This document shows, one piece after another, positions 24,570-34,143 of a stretch of 64,000 nucleotides of DNA. This DNA is from Escherichia phage vB_EcoM_ESCO10. The DNA is taken from sequence record OM386655.1; one strand, given 5' to 3'. Positions within the stretch are counted from its first letter, which is position 1. Each line of letters opens with the position of its first letter. Position numbers and translations under genes: made by a program. The notes beneath the pieces are model-generated. The model had not been told where the DNA came from and did not search any database. It was given only the letters and a program-made list of their open reading frames with translations.

Positions 24570-24594
24570 ATAATAACACACTGCTCTTAAAGCA
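24570..24594 (-). promoter_or_regulatory. putative MotA-dependent middle promoter
   Basis: Minus-strand TGCTTTA box (24588..24594), 12-nt spacer, TATTAT -10 (24570..24575), upstream of gene 24072..24491. Confidence 0.45.
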
Positions 24595-24603
24595 TATTAC
24601 TTG

Positions 24604-24984
24604 TTAACCTTCGTCAACAATAGTATGGGTGTTGGCATTAACAATCTGCCACCAGTCAAAACGGTTGGAACCATATTGAGGCTTATTCTCGTTTTCTTTA
24701 ATGATATCACGCAGTTCGTCTTCAGTAGCAGCTTTTGCAATTAAATCTGCATAACCGCCACGGGGATAATAGCTATCGCCAGCAAAGAGTAAAAAGTTTG
24801 TTTTAATATTCTTGAATTCTTCAAGAGTAATAACCGTTCCAGATGGTTGAACAATATCTACGTAACTATATCCTAATTTCTGGGCTTCATTTACTGCTTC
24901 AAGCAGGGTGTCATGGGCCCATCCGATTTGACAATCCGGTTTTTCAGATGGGTTGGCTTGATAATCTGCGTACACTTTATACAT
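24604..24984 (-). CDS. hypothetical protein
   Basis: Start placed at ATG 24984 behind AAAGGTGAG SD (track 25032). Confidence 0.5.
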   Translation of the reverse strand: MYKVYADYQANPSEKPDCQIGWAHDTLLEAVNEAQKLGYSYVDIVQPSGTVITLEEFKNIKTNFLLFAGDSYYPRGGYADLIAKAATEDELRDIIKENENKPQYGSNRFDWWQIVNANTHTIVDEG

Positions 24985-24985
24985 T

Positions 24986-25171
24986 TTACTCACCTTTAGA
25001 GATTTTATCCATAACGAAAGAGATTGAACCAATTAAAAATGCCACTACTAAAGAGATTGTATTCTCAGAAGTTGAAAGCAAATTCAACATGAATCCTGCA
25101 AACATACTAAAACCAAAAGCAGTAATAGCGACCAGTGCAGTAACATTTCTAATTAATTCACAACGTTTCAT
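24986..25171 (-). CDS. small membrane protein
   Basis: Start moved from TTG to ATG 25171 behind GGAGAA SD; two hydrophobic segments. Confidence 0.5.
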   Translation of the reverse strand: MKRCELIRNVTALVAITAFGFSMFAGFMLNLLSTSENTISLVVAFLIGSISFVMDKISKGE

Positions 25172-25207
25172 TTTATTCTCCAATCACTCATTTGTTTTGA
25201 TAGGGCT

Positions 25208-25237
25208 ATAGTATCATCACTAGAGCCCGTTGTAAAC
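25208..25237 (-). promoter_or_regulatory. early promoter cassette
   Basis: GTTTAC 25232..25237, TACTAT 25208..25213; GGGCTCTAG/CTATAGCCC inverted repeat. Confidence 0.55.
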
Positions 25238-25240
25238 AAT

Positions 25241-25465
25241 TTATTCAACACCAGCTGCTTTCAAAAGTTTTTTAAGATTGGCTGTGCCCTGAGCAGAAAA
25301 CGTGACCTTGCCACCTTTTTCACTGATAGAACCAACCAATTTGGCAAGTTTATCATTAGGAATTTTTTTAAAATCGGCCAATGTTCCATCAAAGGTTTTT
25401 GAAACAAAAGGCAGTTCGTCTTCGTGTCTTTTAGCTTCTGTGATAAATTCTTGATATGTTTTCAT
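25241..25465 (-). CDS. internal-protein-like head cargo protein (position of T4 ipI)
   Basis: Begins MKTYQEFITEAK at ATG 25465; overlapping early and late (TATAAATA) promoters upstream; adjacent to 57B as ipI is in T4. Confidence 0.7.
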   Translation of the reverse strand: MKTYQEFITEAKRHEDELPFVSKTFDGTLADFKKIPNDKLAKLVGSISEKGGKVTFSAQGTANLKKLLKAAGVE

Positions 25466-25502
25466 TTTGATTTCCATTTGGTTGGTTTGTTTTGATAGGG
25501 TA

Positions 25503-25531
25503 ATAGTATCATATTTATAAATGCTGTAAAC
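25503..25531 (-). promoter_or_regulatory. overlapping early and late (TATAAATA) promoters for IP-like gene
   Basis: GTTTAC 25526..25531 and TACTAT 25503..25508; exact TATAAATA (25512..25519) sits inside the spacer. Confidence 0.55.
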
Positions 25532-25543
25532 AACTTTTTGAAA

Positions 25544-26221
<678 letters not shown>

Positions 26222-26229
<8 letters not shown>

Positions 26230-26980
26230 TTTTATTTCCTAATAATTTATCAATAGTAGTGTATAGTTCAGAAAGGGTTCCGTTATTTTCAATAACAACG
26301 TCACCCGGTAAAATTGGTAGACCCGCTTCAGTAATGTGCGAGTCTTGTACTTGACCGGTATCAGCGCGAACTACGTGAATAATCGTAGCACCCATCGCCC
26401 TGAGCGAATCAATTTCATGTGTTTGACGAACATCAGGTACGACATAGTATTTCGCATCAGAATATATTCTATCAAAATAGTCTAAAGCGAATAACTTAAC
26501 CCAATACATCTTATCAAATTGGTTAACAATAACATCGGTCCCAAGGGTCTGCATGAGACGACGTACTGACCAATTGTTAATATTATTTATTACTTCAAAC
26601 AGGTAGTCTTTTGTTTCTTCAGACAAATACTGGATAGTAGGGCCGTAATGATACTGGGTACAGACATCAATTCCTTTAATAGGAAGTATATTATTCAGTT
26701 TAACGATAGCATGTTCAAAGATGTCAATAACATCATATGGTTTTAAAGGAAGGATTTCTTCGCGGTTGTATCCAATACCTTCAAAACAATTAAAATCTAA
26801 TTTAGGCATATAGCTACGATCGAATACGGGGTCATCAGATATGTATTCGTAAGCTTCTGCTAGATACTTTTTAATAGGCCCAGCGAGCTGGAATTTAACA
26901 GAATCCATATTCTCAATTACATAGTTAGCAACGGTGTCCTTACCGCTACGTTTGAGTCCTACAATTGATATTAGTTTCAT
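26222..26980 (-). CDS. 1: gp1 deoxynucleoside monophosphate kinase
   Basis: MKLI...G.KRSGKDT P-loop; strong similarity to T4 gp1 (...WSVRRLMQ.LGTD..VN.FD.MYWVKLFALDY...). Confidence 0.9.
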
Positions 26981-27570
26981 TATTTTCTCATAGATGGATG
27001 CATAGACATACGTGCCACACGTTGTTCGGCATACGAATCAATTTGTGGACGACCTGTAACTATTGTACCATCTATTTCTACAGCAAACGACTTGAAGTTG
27101 AATGTTGCTGTGGCAATTATTGCAGGGTCAGAATCTTCTTTATAAGAGTACTGGATCTCGGAAAGGTCCGACGGCCATCCACCATAGTAATGGATGCTCA
27201 TTACGATTTTCTGTTTATTGTTATCAAGGATATGAAGCGTAATCGCTTCAGGCAGGCCTTTAGGATGCCATGCTTCAGATTCATGGGTTACATAGTTGTT
27301 TAATGATAACATCCATTTATAAATGTCCATCCATGATTTCAATTCACGGTCTACAAGAAAGTTTACAATCAAGGGGTCGAATTCTACAGTAGAACCTGGC
27401 AGCTTAGCACGATGTATACCCTGGGTCGATCCTGGGACATCTGAAATCGGAATATGGATACCTGGTAGTGTTACATCTTGCACGTTTAATTTGAATGACT
27501 GAGTCATTCCAGAGTCACTAACCTCTAAGATAAAGTTAGTAGTGTTAGTTTGGTTAAATAAACCGTTCAT
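26980..27570 (-). CDS. 3: gp3 tail completion / sheath stabilizer (by synteny)
   Basis: 196-aa ORF between genes 1 and 2 as in T4; sequence itself not recognised with certainty. Confidence 0.65.
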   Translation of the reverse strand: MNGLFNQTNTTNFILEVSDSGMTQSFKLNVQDVTLPGIHIPISDVPGSTQGIHRAKLPGSTVEFDPLIVNFLVDRELKSWMDIYKWMLSLNNYVTHESEAWHPKGLPEAITLHILDNNKQKIVMSIHYYGGWPSDLSEIQYSYKEDSDPAIIATATFNFKSFAVEIDGTIVTGRPQIDSYAEQRVARMSMHPSMRK

Positions 27571-27658
27571 AGTATTCCTATATTGCTTAAACCCTAGCCA
27601 GTGTATAATGGTCCTAGGTCTGTTCCATTCAATAACTGGCTGGGATAATAGATTAAGA

Positions 27659-28495
27659 TTATGCGTTCTTCCAAACTTTCTGAGCTGAGTAACGCTTACC
27701 TTTAGACATGAACTGCTGGAGAGGCATCATTACTACATTAGCCCAATCAGATGGTTTTATCTCTACCAAAGGACCTTTTATATTTCCTGGGATATAAGCT
27801 TTAATCATCATGTCGGCACCAGCGAATCCTTTAACTTTACTCCAATCGATTTTTAATTTTGTCGAGTTAGTAATGGTAGGCGTACTCGCGTATTGCTTCA
27901 GCAATTCTTCTAGAAATTGTTGGCGTGCTTTAGGTGGAATATAGTGTAAGTTCAACCCGTACATAAGATTATGCTTACCAAGCCCTAGATAAATGATTAA
28001 AGGATATTTGTCCCAATACGGTAATGTATCCTTGTGTTTGGCATCATAAATATAAGCATAAAGCTTGCCAGGAGACGGTTTAGATACCTGGTGTCCACGA
28101 ATTCCTTTCTTTAACGTTTCTGTAAACCATTTAGCCGATTTATTGTTTACAGCAGCGCCTTCATTAGCAATCTTATCACGAATACTCTTTCTAAAACTAT
28201 TTACCAAAATTAATTGACGTTCAGCTTTGGTTAATTTATTGCCAGGTTTCTTCTGGAGTTTTTCGACTTGTACAGCGGTTTTAATTCGACTCGAGTATCG
28301 AGACATCGCAGATGTAAAGCTAGAATACTTGATGCCTTTATCTTCAGCGAATTTCTTAGCCGAGGCACCTTTAGCCTTAGCTTTGGCATATTCAACACCT
28401 AAAGCTATCCATTGTTGTTCCGAACGAGTAGGCTTAGAACCTTTTGTGGTTTCAGTAGCCTCATTGATGTAGGAAAATATACTCATCCTTTCCAT
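27659..28495 (-). CDS. 2: gp2 DNA end protector
   Basis: 278 aa (T4 gp2 about 274); synteny 3-2-4; basic protein. Confidence 0.75.
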   Translation of the reverse strand: MERMSIFSYINEATETTKGSKPTRSEQQWIALGVEYAKAKAKGASAKKFAEDKGIKYSSFTSAMSRYSSRIKTAVQVEKLQKKPGNKLTKAERQLILVNSFRKSIRDKIANEGAAVNNKSAKWFTETLKKGIRGHQVSKPSPGKLYAYIYDAKHKDTLPYWDKYPLIIYLGLGKHNLMYGLNLHYIPPKARQQFLEELLKQYASTPTITNSTKLKIDWSKVKGFAGADMMIKAYIPGNIKGPLVEIKPSDWANVVMMPLQQFMSKGKRYSAQKVWKNA

Positions 28496-28932
28496 CCTAA
28501 TTTTTTCAGTGAGTTTTCAGTTATCAATCTAAAATTGATTCCCATTTTATCTGCTGTAGCTTTAGCAGCTTTCCATTTATCTTTATTTACACTCCATGTA
28601 TAATGTTCGTTGATATATCTCTTTTTAGCGGCTGTAGTCATTTTAGCAGGCGCCGCTGGAGGATGGGTTTCTTTAAAAGGTTTGACTTCAAAAAAGAATT
28701 GTTGGCCATTATCAAACTTAACCCAGAAGTCCATAAAATAACGACGTTTCTTTCCATCCGCATTACTAAAATATGGGATAACCACCTCTTCAGAGTTCCA
28801 TTGGACCACGTTAGGATGGTTATCAAGCCAACGCATGAGCCATGCTTCCCATGAAGAACGATATTGGATTTTCTTCCAGTCACCTTTATATTTTTGTAAG
28901 TTAGTAGGTTTAAATTTCCCTGAGTAAGCCAT
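28483..28932 (-). CDS. 4: gp4 head completion protein
   Basis: 149 aa; similar to T4 gp4 (MAYSGK...GKKRRYFMD...TTAAKKR...YTWSVN.DKWKAA); AAGGAGG SD; minus-strand late promoter upstream. Confidence 0.85.
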   Translation of the reverse strand: MAYSGKFKPTNLQKYKGDWKKIQYRSSWEAWLMRWLDNHPNVVQWNSEEVVIPYFSNADGKKRRYFMDFWVKFDNGQQFFFEVKPFKETHPPAAPAKMTTAAKKRYINEHYTWSVNKDKWKAAKATADKMGINFRLITENSLKKLGWKG

Positions 28933-28943
28933 AGTTGCCTCCT

Positions 28944-28951
28944 TATAAATA
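28944..28951 (+). promoter_or_regulatory. late promoter (TATAAATA) for gene 53
   Basis: Exact TATAAATA 27 nt upstream of the gene 53 ATG. Confidence 0.65.
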
Positions 28952-28958
28952 TTAATAT

Positions 28959-28966
28959 TATTTATA
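28959..28966 (-). promoter_or_regulatory. late promoter (TATAAATA) for gene 4, divergent from the gene 53 promoter
   Basis: Exact minus-strand TATAAATA 27 nt upstream of the gene 4 ATG. Confidence 0.6.
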
Positions 28967-28978
28967 CTCGGAGGCCCT

Positions 28979-29581
28979 ATGCTCTTCTCATTTTTCGATC
29001 CTATCGATTACGAATCAAAAACAGTCAAGCCGGATTCGGGCTCATTAACTAATGCCGATGTATTGAGCGTGCCGATGACTGATATATTTAGAAATTATAA
29101 AGAATATTTTGATAAAGTGGCTAAAAATTATACACTAAAAACTTATTACATCAACGGAGCCCCTCGCCCAGAAGAATTAGCTAATCAACTTTATGGTAAC
29201 GTTCAATTGTATTGGGTCCTTTTGATGTGTAACAATATCTATGACCCATATTACGGATGGATTACAGGACAGGAATCTGCCTATCAAGCGGCCATTCAAC
29301 GTTATGCTACCGCAGGTGGAAACCAAGTCCTTTATCATGTTAATGAAAAGGGTGAGAAATTCTGGAATCTTGTTAACACACCAGAAAATCCATATACTTG
29401 GTATGACAAAGGTGATACAGAAAAACGTTATCCTCAGTACGAAGGCCCATTGGCCGCAGTAGATATTTACGAGGATGCTATTCGTAAAAATGAATATAAG
29501 CGCGAAATAAAAATAATCGACCCTAATGATATTGAGTCTTTTATTTCTGCTCTTATTCGCGAAATGGAGAAAGCCCTCTAA
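28979..29581 (+). CDS. 53: gp53 baseplate wedge protein
   Basis: 200 aa; similar to T4 gp53 (MLF.FFDPI.Y..KTV...PMTDIFRNYK.YF); late promoter + GGAGG SD. Confidence 0.85.
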   Translation: MLFSFFDPIDYESKTVKPDSGSLTNADVLSVPMTDIFRNYKEYFDKVAKNYTLKTYYINGAPRPEELANQLYGNVQLYWVLLMCNNIYDPYYGWITGQESAYQAAIQRYATAGGNQVLYHVNEKGEKFWNLVNTPENPYTWYDKGDTEKRYPQYEGPLAAVDIYEDAIRKNEYKREIKIIDPNDIESFISALIREMEKAL

Positions 29582-31323
29582 TGATTAACATGTCTGATAA
29601 CGTAAGTTGGTTCGTCGGTGTAGTTGAAGACCGAATGGACCCACTACAACAAGGCCGAGTACGTGTACGTGTATGGGGTATGCATCCGTATGAAAAAGTA
29701 CAAGGCCCTGTAAAAGGCCTTCGTACAGAAGATTTACCATGGATGTCTGTATTGATGCCTACATCTTCTGCATCTGTTTCAGGTATCCAAACTGCCATGA
29801 CAGGCATGGTCCCAGGCACACAAGTTTATGGTCATTTTCTTGATAAATGGAAATTAAACGGGCTTGTCCTCGGTACATATGGGTCTGCTTCAAAACAAAA
29901 AGCAAACCCTAATGAAGGTTTTAGTGACCCTACAGGACAGTATCCACTTTATTTAGGTAATGACGCTGCTGCACTAAACAGAGGTGGTGAAGTTGGATAC
30001 GACGCCACGTCTAATATAATACAAGATGCAAACACCGATGTAGGTATTAATCCTGATGGATTAGACTTAAGCCAAGTCAAGCCTGATGATAATCCTAATT
30101 TCACAATAGAAAACATGCTTCATCGTGATGAGGGCCTTCGTCTTAAGGTATATTGGGACACAGAAGGATATCCTACTATAGGTATAGGCCATCTTATTAC
30201 TCCACAACCTATTAGAGATATGAACCAGATAAACAAAATATTATCTAATCAGGTAGGACGAGAAGTTAAAGGTAACCCCGGTGCAATATCAATGGACGAG
30301 GCTTCTAAATTATTCCAAGAAGACCTTAAAAAAGTCCAAAATGATATAGGCCGGCATAGTGTTGTAGGTCCTGTTTACAATAAAGAAAACCGTTCAAGAC
30401 AAATGGCTCTTGAAAACATGGCTTTCCAAATGGGATTAGGTGGATTGGCTAAATTCCGTGGAATGCTTAGTGCAATGCTAATAGGCGATTATAAAAAGGC
30501 ATTTGAAGAAGCTCGTAATTCAGTGTGGTTTAACCAAACTAAGGGGCGTGCATCAAGGGTGTCAATGATTATCCTCACAGGTAACGTGGAATCATATGGT
30601 ATTATGGCCCCTAAAGAAAGAGAATTTAAAGGGCGCTCATATAGAATGATTCAAACCTTTGCAGCTCCTGCGAATTCCGACCCAGCAGATCCGTGGACGC
30701 CAGAAGATACAAGAATTCTTTTTAAAGAACCTGATTCTAGTTATAAAGGTGAATACCCATATGTCCAAACCATGCAGACCGAAGGTGGACACATCCAAGA
30801 ATTTGATAACACCCCAGGGCAAGAACGTTATCGTTTAATCCATCCAACCGGTAGTTATGAAGAGGTTGCTCCTGATGGTCGTAAAACTTCTAAGACGGTG
30901 GCTGATGGGTATTATATGACCCAAGGCGATTCTAATACTTATGTTGGCGGTAATAATAAAGTCAACATAGGTGGTGATGAAACATATTATAATATGGCAA
31001 ACGTGCGCCGTCAAACTGACGGGTCTGAAAGCATCCATATTCGTGGTAATGAAACCAAAACAGTAGAAGGTGATGGAACCCTTATTGTTAAAGGAAACGT
31101 CACAATTCTTGTTGAGGGTAATGCAGATATAACTGTTAAGGGTGACGCAAAAACATTAGTTGAAGGCAACCATGATTATACAGTAAATGGAAACGTTAAA
31201 TGGTCTGTAAATGGAAACGTTGATATGGCTGTTGCAGGCAATTGGTCTGAAACAATGAGTACGATGAGTTCAATTGCTTCAGGCCAGTACACTATTGATG
31301 GTTCGAGGATTGACATTGGCTAA
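29581..31323 (+). CDS. 5: gp5 baseplate hub / tail lysozyme
   Basis: 580 aa; internal lysozyme domain DEGLRLKVYWDTEGYPTIGIGHLI paralogous to gene e; C-terminal beta-helix VxGxxxxx repeats. Confidence 0.95.
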   Translation: MINMSDNVSWFVGVVEDRMDPLQQGRVRVRVWGMHPYEKVQGPVKGLRTEDLPWMSVLMPTSSASVSGIQTAMTGMVPGTQVYGHFLDKWKLNGLVLGTYGSASKQKANPNEGFSDPTGQYPLYLGNDAAALNRGGEVGYDATSNIIQDANTDVGINPDGLDLSQVKPDDNPNFTIENMLHRDEGLRLKVYWDTEGYPTIGIGHLITPQPIRDMNQINKILSNQVGREVKGNPGAISMDEASKLFQEDLKKVQNDIGRHSVVGPVYNKENRSRQMALENMAFQMGLGGLAKFRGMLSAMLIGDYKKAFEEARNSVWFNQTKGRASRVSMIILTGNVESYGIMAPKEREFKGRSYRMIQTFAAPANSDPADPWTPEDTRILFKEPDSSYKGEYPYVQTMQTEGGHIQEFDNTPGQERYRLIHPTGSYEEVAPDGRKTSKTVADGYYMTQGDSNTYVGGNNKVNIGGDETYYNMANVRRQTDGSESIHIRGNETKTVEGDGTLIVKGNVTILVEGNADITVKGDAKTLVEGNHDYTVNGNVKWSVNGNVDMAVAGNWSETMSTMSSIASGQYTIDGSRIDIG

Positions 31324-31357
31324 TATTTTACCTATGAGCACAGATTTAGGAGATTCC

Positions 31358-31855
31358 ATGGAAGGAAGCTCTATCGATGTTACGTTTACAGCTCAATTAG
31401 AAACAAACGAAACATTAGTTGAAATAAATATAACAGAATATGAGCCTACAGAAGGCATTATTGTCGATGGAGCTCGTTTATATGGAACCTACGAATCTGT
31501 ATTTGGATTCTCTGAGGATGCATTAAAATACCGATTAGGAGATGAATTTAAAACTGCCGGTTCATGGAAAGACCTACCAACTGATAGTAATGCTCAATTA
31601 TACCTCTGGAAAGCTCCTGGTAATCTTCAGAAGACATTTTCTTACACAGTCACATTAACCTATGACTTTCAAGAAGAGACGTCAGGAGGCGATACAGGGA
31701 ACTCAGGCGGCAGTAACTCTAGGGCTGGCGCTGAAACCGATCCACCTCCTGCTCCTGTAAGAAAAACTCTTACCAAGGTTTATACCAAGGTTATAGTCGG
31801 AAATTGGAGCAAGTGGGCTAACCAATTAAGAGAATATGTATATGCGAGGCCATAA
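31358..31855 (+). CDS. 5.1: gp5.1-like baseplate-associated protein
   Basis: Track ORF 31274..31855 overlaps gp5; start placed at ATG 31358 behind AGGAGA SD (alternative 31334). Confidence 0.6.
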   Translation: MEGSSIDVTFTAQLETNETLVEINITEYEPTEGIIVDGARLYGTYESVFGFSEDALKYRLGDEFKTAGSWKDLPTDSNAQLYLWKAPGNLQKTFSYTVTLTYDFQEETSGGDTGNSGGSNSRAGAETDPPPAPVRKTLTKVYTKVIVGNWSKWANQLREYVYARP

Positions 31856-32148
31856 TGTCTGGGTTAAGTTATAACCAATGTGTGACAGCAGGTCATGAAG
31901 CATGGCCTCCTACCATAATTAACGCCACCCAAGGTAAAGTATTTACCGGTGGAATTCCTGTATTAGTTGATGGGGACCCTATTACAGAACATACAGAAAT
32001 TAAAAAACCATATGAAACCCACGGTGGGGTAACCCAACCTAGAACATCAAAGGTGTATGTTACAGGCAAAAAGGCTGTCCAGATGGCAGACCCGATTTCA
32101 TGTGGTGATACAGTCGCCCAAGCCTCAGCAAAAGTGTTTATAAAATAG
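31855..32148 (+). CDS. 5.4: gp5.4 PAAR-repeat spike tip protein
   Basis: 97 aa, near-identical to T4 gp5.4 as recalled ([19 protein letters not shown]...). Confidence 0.9.
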   Translation: MSGLSYNQCVTAGHEAWPPTIINATQGKVFTGGIPVLVDGDPITEHTEIKKPYETHGGVTQPRTSKVYVTGKKAVQMADPISCGDTVAQASAKVFIK

Positions 32149-32156
32149 GAAAACTA

Positions 32157-34115
32157 ATGGCTACTCCTACGAATTACCAATTAACAAGAACCGTTAACGC
32201 TATCCCAAAAGTATTTGTGGGAGCTACGTTTGAAGAAATTAAAAAGAACATCATTGACTGGCTTTCTAGCCAGGAAGAATTTAAGGATTATGATTTCGTT
32301 GGTTCTCGAATGAATATTCTTATCGATATGCTTGCTTATAATACGTTGTATATGCAGCAGTTTGCTAACACAGCTTTATACGAATCTTTTATAGGAACGG
32401 CAAACCTTCGTTCTTCGGTTGTCCAGGCTGCACAAGATAACGGATATCTCCCTAGTTCTAAATCAGCGGCAAAAACTACGGTAATGCTTACTTGTACCCA
32501 GGCCCTTAATGAAAAGAATATCCGTATCCCTAGAGGTACTAAATTCCTGGCTTATGCCCGTGATACATCAGCGGACCCGTATTCTTTTGTGACCACTGAT
32601 AACGTTATTGCCGTACGCGATGTTAATAACCAATATTGGCCTATTGTTTCTTTGGCCCAGGGACGTATTATTCGTACTGAACTTAAATATGACCCTAAAA
32701 CTCCTATTCTTATTCGTGACCCGGATATTGATAGACAAGAAGTTAAACTTTATGTTGATGGGGCCGAATGGATTAACTGGACTAATAAATCAATGGTCCA
32801 TGCAGGCAGTACTTCAACAATTTATTATATGCGTGAAACCGTAGATGGTAATACAGAATTCTTCTTTGGTGAAGGTGAAGCCGAGAAATCCGTTGCCGGT
32901 GGAGTATTAGAAGCTAATTATATCGGTGGTCTGAAACCTGTTAAAGATTCTACTATTGTTATCGAATATCTTCGTACAGACGGTGAAGTTGCTAACGGTG
33001 CAGTGGATTTCAGTTATGCAGACTCATTGGCTTATATAACCGTAGAAAAAATTACAGAAAACTATAATGACGACCCGGATTATGTGGGTGCTGACGGTGG
33101 CGGCGACCCTGAAGATATTGAACGCATTCGAGAGCTGGCTGTAGTTAAGCGTGAAGCCCAGATGCGTGCTGTTACAGGAACCGACTATGATACATTCGTG
33201 TCTGAACGTTTTGGTTCTATTGTACAGGCAGTACAAACCTTTACAGACTCAAATAAACCAGGTTATGCTTTTGTTACCATTAAACCTAAATCAGGGCTGT
33301 ATTTGACCGCTGTTCAACGTGAAGATATCCAAGATTATCTAAAAGAATTTAACTTAGCACCTATTACCCCTTCTGTTATTTCTCCCGACTATTTGTTCTT
33401 AAAGCATAAAATTAAAGTTTCTTATGCTCTGAATAAATTACAGGAATCTGAACAGTGGTTATCGGCTCAAATTCTTTCTCAGATAGATCGTTATTATATT
33501 AACGAAGTAGAAATTTTTAACCACGGTTTCGCTAAGTCTAAAATGTTGACTTATATTGATAATGCAGACCACAGTATTTTAGGTTCTTCGGCTACAGTAA
33601 CAATGGTTCGTGAGGTATTGAACTTTTTCAAAACTCCTGAGTCAGGTATTAAATACTATAATCAATACACTAACCGTTCTGTGGTTTCTAGTGAATTTGA
33701 GTTTGTCCCTACTAACGTTTCTGAAGACCTCCCATCATATAATGTCAGAATTGCTGCTACAGATAAAGATGAGCGTGGTGATGGTAAAATAATTATTGGT
33801 CCTTTCCGTCCAGGAGATGTGATTGAAAACCAATATATTAAACCTTATACAGGAAATGACTTTGATAAAATGCCGGCTCCTGCGGACCAATCTGTTTATT
33901 ACGTTATAGGTGAAATCGATTATTATTCGGATTTCATTTTCTGGGACATTGCGGCTATCGGTTTAACGTCTGATCGTTTTGAAGTTCAATCTATAGAACT
34001 TTATGCAGGACCTGACCAAGATAACATCTTTACAAAAGACGGTTCGTTAATTGTATTTGAAGATGACCTCCGCCCTCAATACACGACCATTGAATTAGAA
34101 CCTATTACAATATAA
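32157..34115 (+). CDS. 6: gp6 baseplate wedge protein
   Basis: 652 aa; synteny and size (T4 gp6 660 aa). Confidence 0.9.
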   Translation: MATPTNYQLTRTVNAIPKVFVGATFEEIKKNIIDWLSSQEEFKDYDFVGSRMNILIDMLAYNTLYMQQFANTALYESFIGTANLRSSVVQAAQDNGYLPSSKSAAKTTVMLTCTQALNEKNIRIPRGTKFLAYARDTSADPYSFVTTDNVIAVRDVNNQYWPIVSLAQGRIIRTELKYDPKTPILIRDPDIDRQEVKLYVDGAEWINWTNKSMVHAGSTSTIYYMRETVDGNTEFFFGEGEAEKSVAGGVLEANYIGGLKPVKDSTIVIEYLRTDGEVANGAVDFSYADSLAYITVEKITENYNDDPDYVGADGGGDPEDIERIRELAVVKREAQMRAVTGTDYDTFVSERFGSIVQAVQTFTDSNKPGYAFVTIKPKSGLYLTAVQREDIQDYLKEFNLAPITPSVISPDYLFLKHKIKVSYALNKLQESEQWLSAQILSQIDRYYINEVEIFNHGFAKSKMLTYIDNADHSILGSSATVTMVREVLNFFKTPESGIKYYNQYTNRSVVSSEFEFVPTNVSEDLPSYNVRIAATDKDERGDGKIIIGPFRPGDVIENQYIKPYTGNDFDKMPAPADQSVYYVIGEIDYYSDFIFWDIAAIGLTSDRFEVQSIELYAGPDQDNIFTKDGSLIVFEDDLRPQYTTIELEPITI

Positions 34116-34132
34116 GCCTCTTAGGAGGCTTT
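34114..34132 (+). other. intergenic stem-loop overlapping the gene 6 stop
   Basis: AAGCCTC-TTAG-GAGGCTT immediately before the GAGGAG SD of gene 7. Confidence 0.4.
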
Positions 34133-34143
34133 GAGGAGATTTA

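Noticed and set aside
2121-25540. Regularly recurring ~50-bp repeats, considered as a possible CRISPR-like array
   Set aside because: The repeats are separated by whole genes of very different lengths (0.3-3 kb), carry promoter -35/-10 signals and SDs, and are not a short repeat-spacer array.
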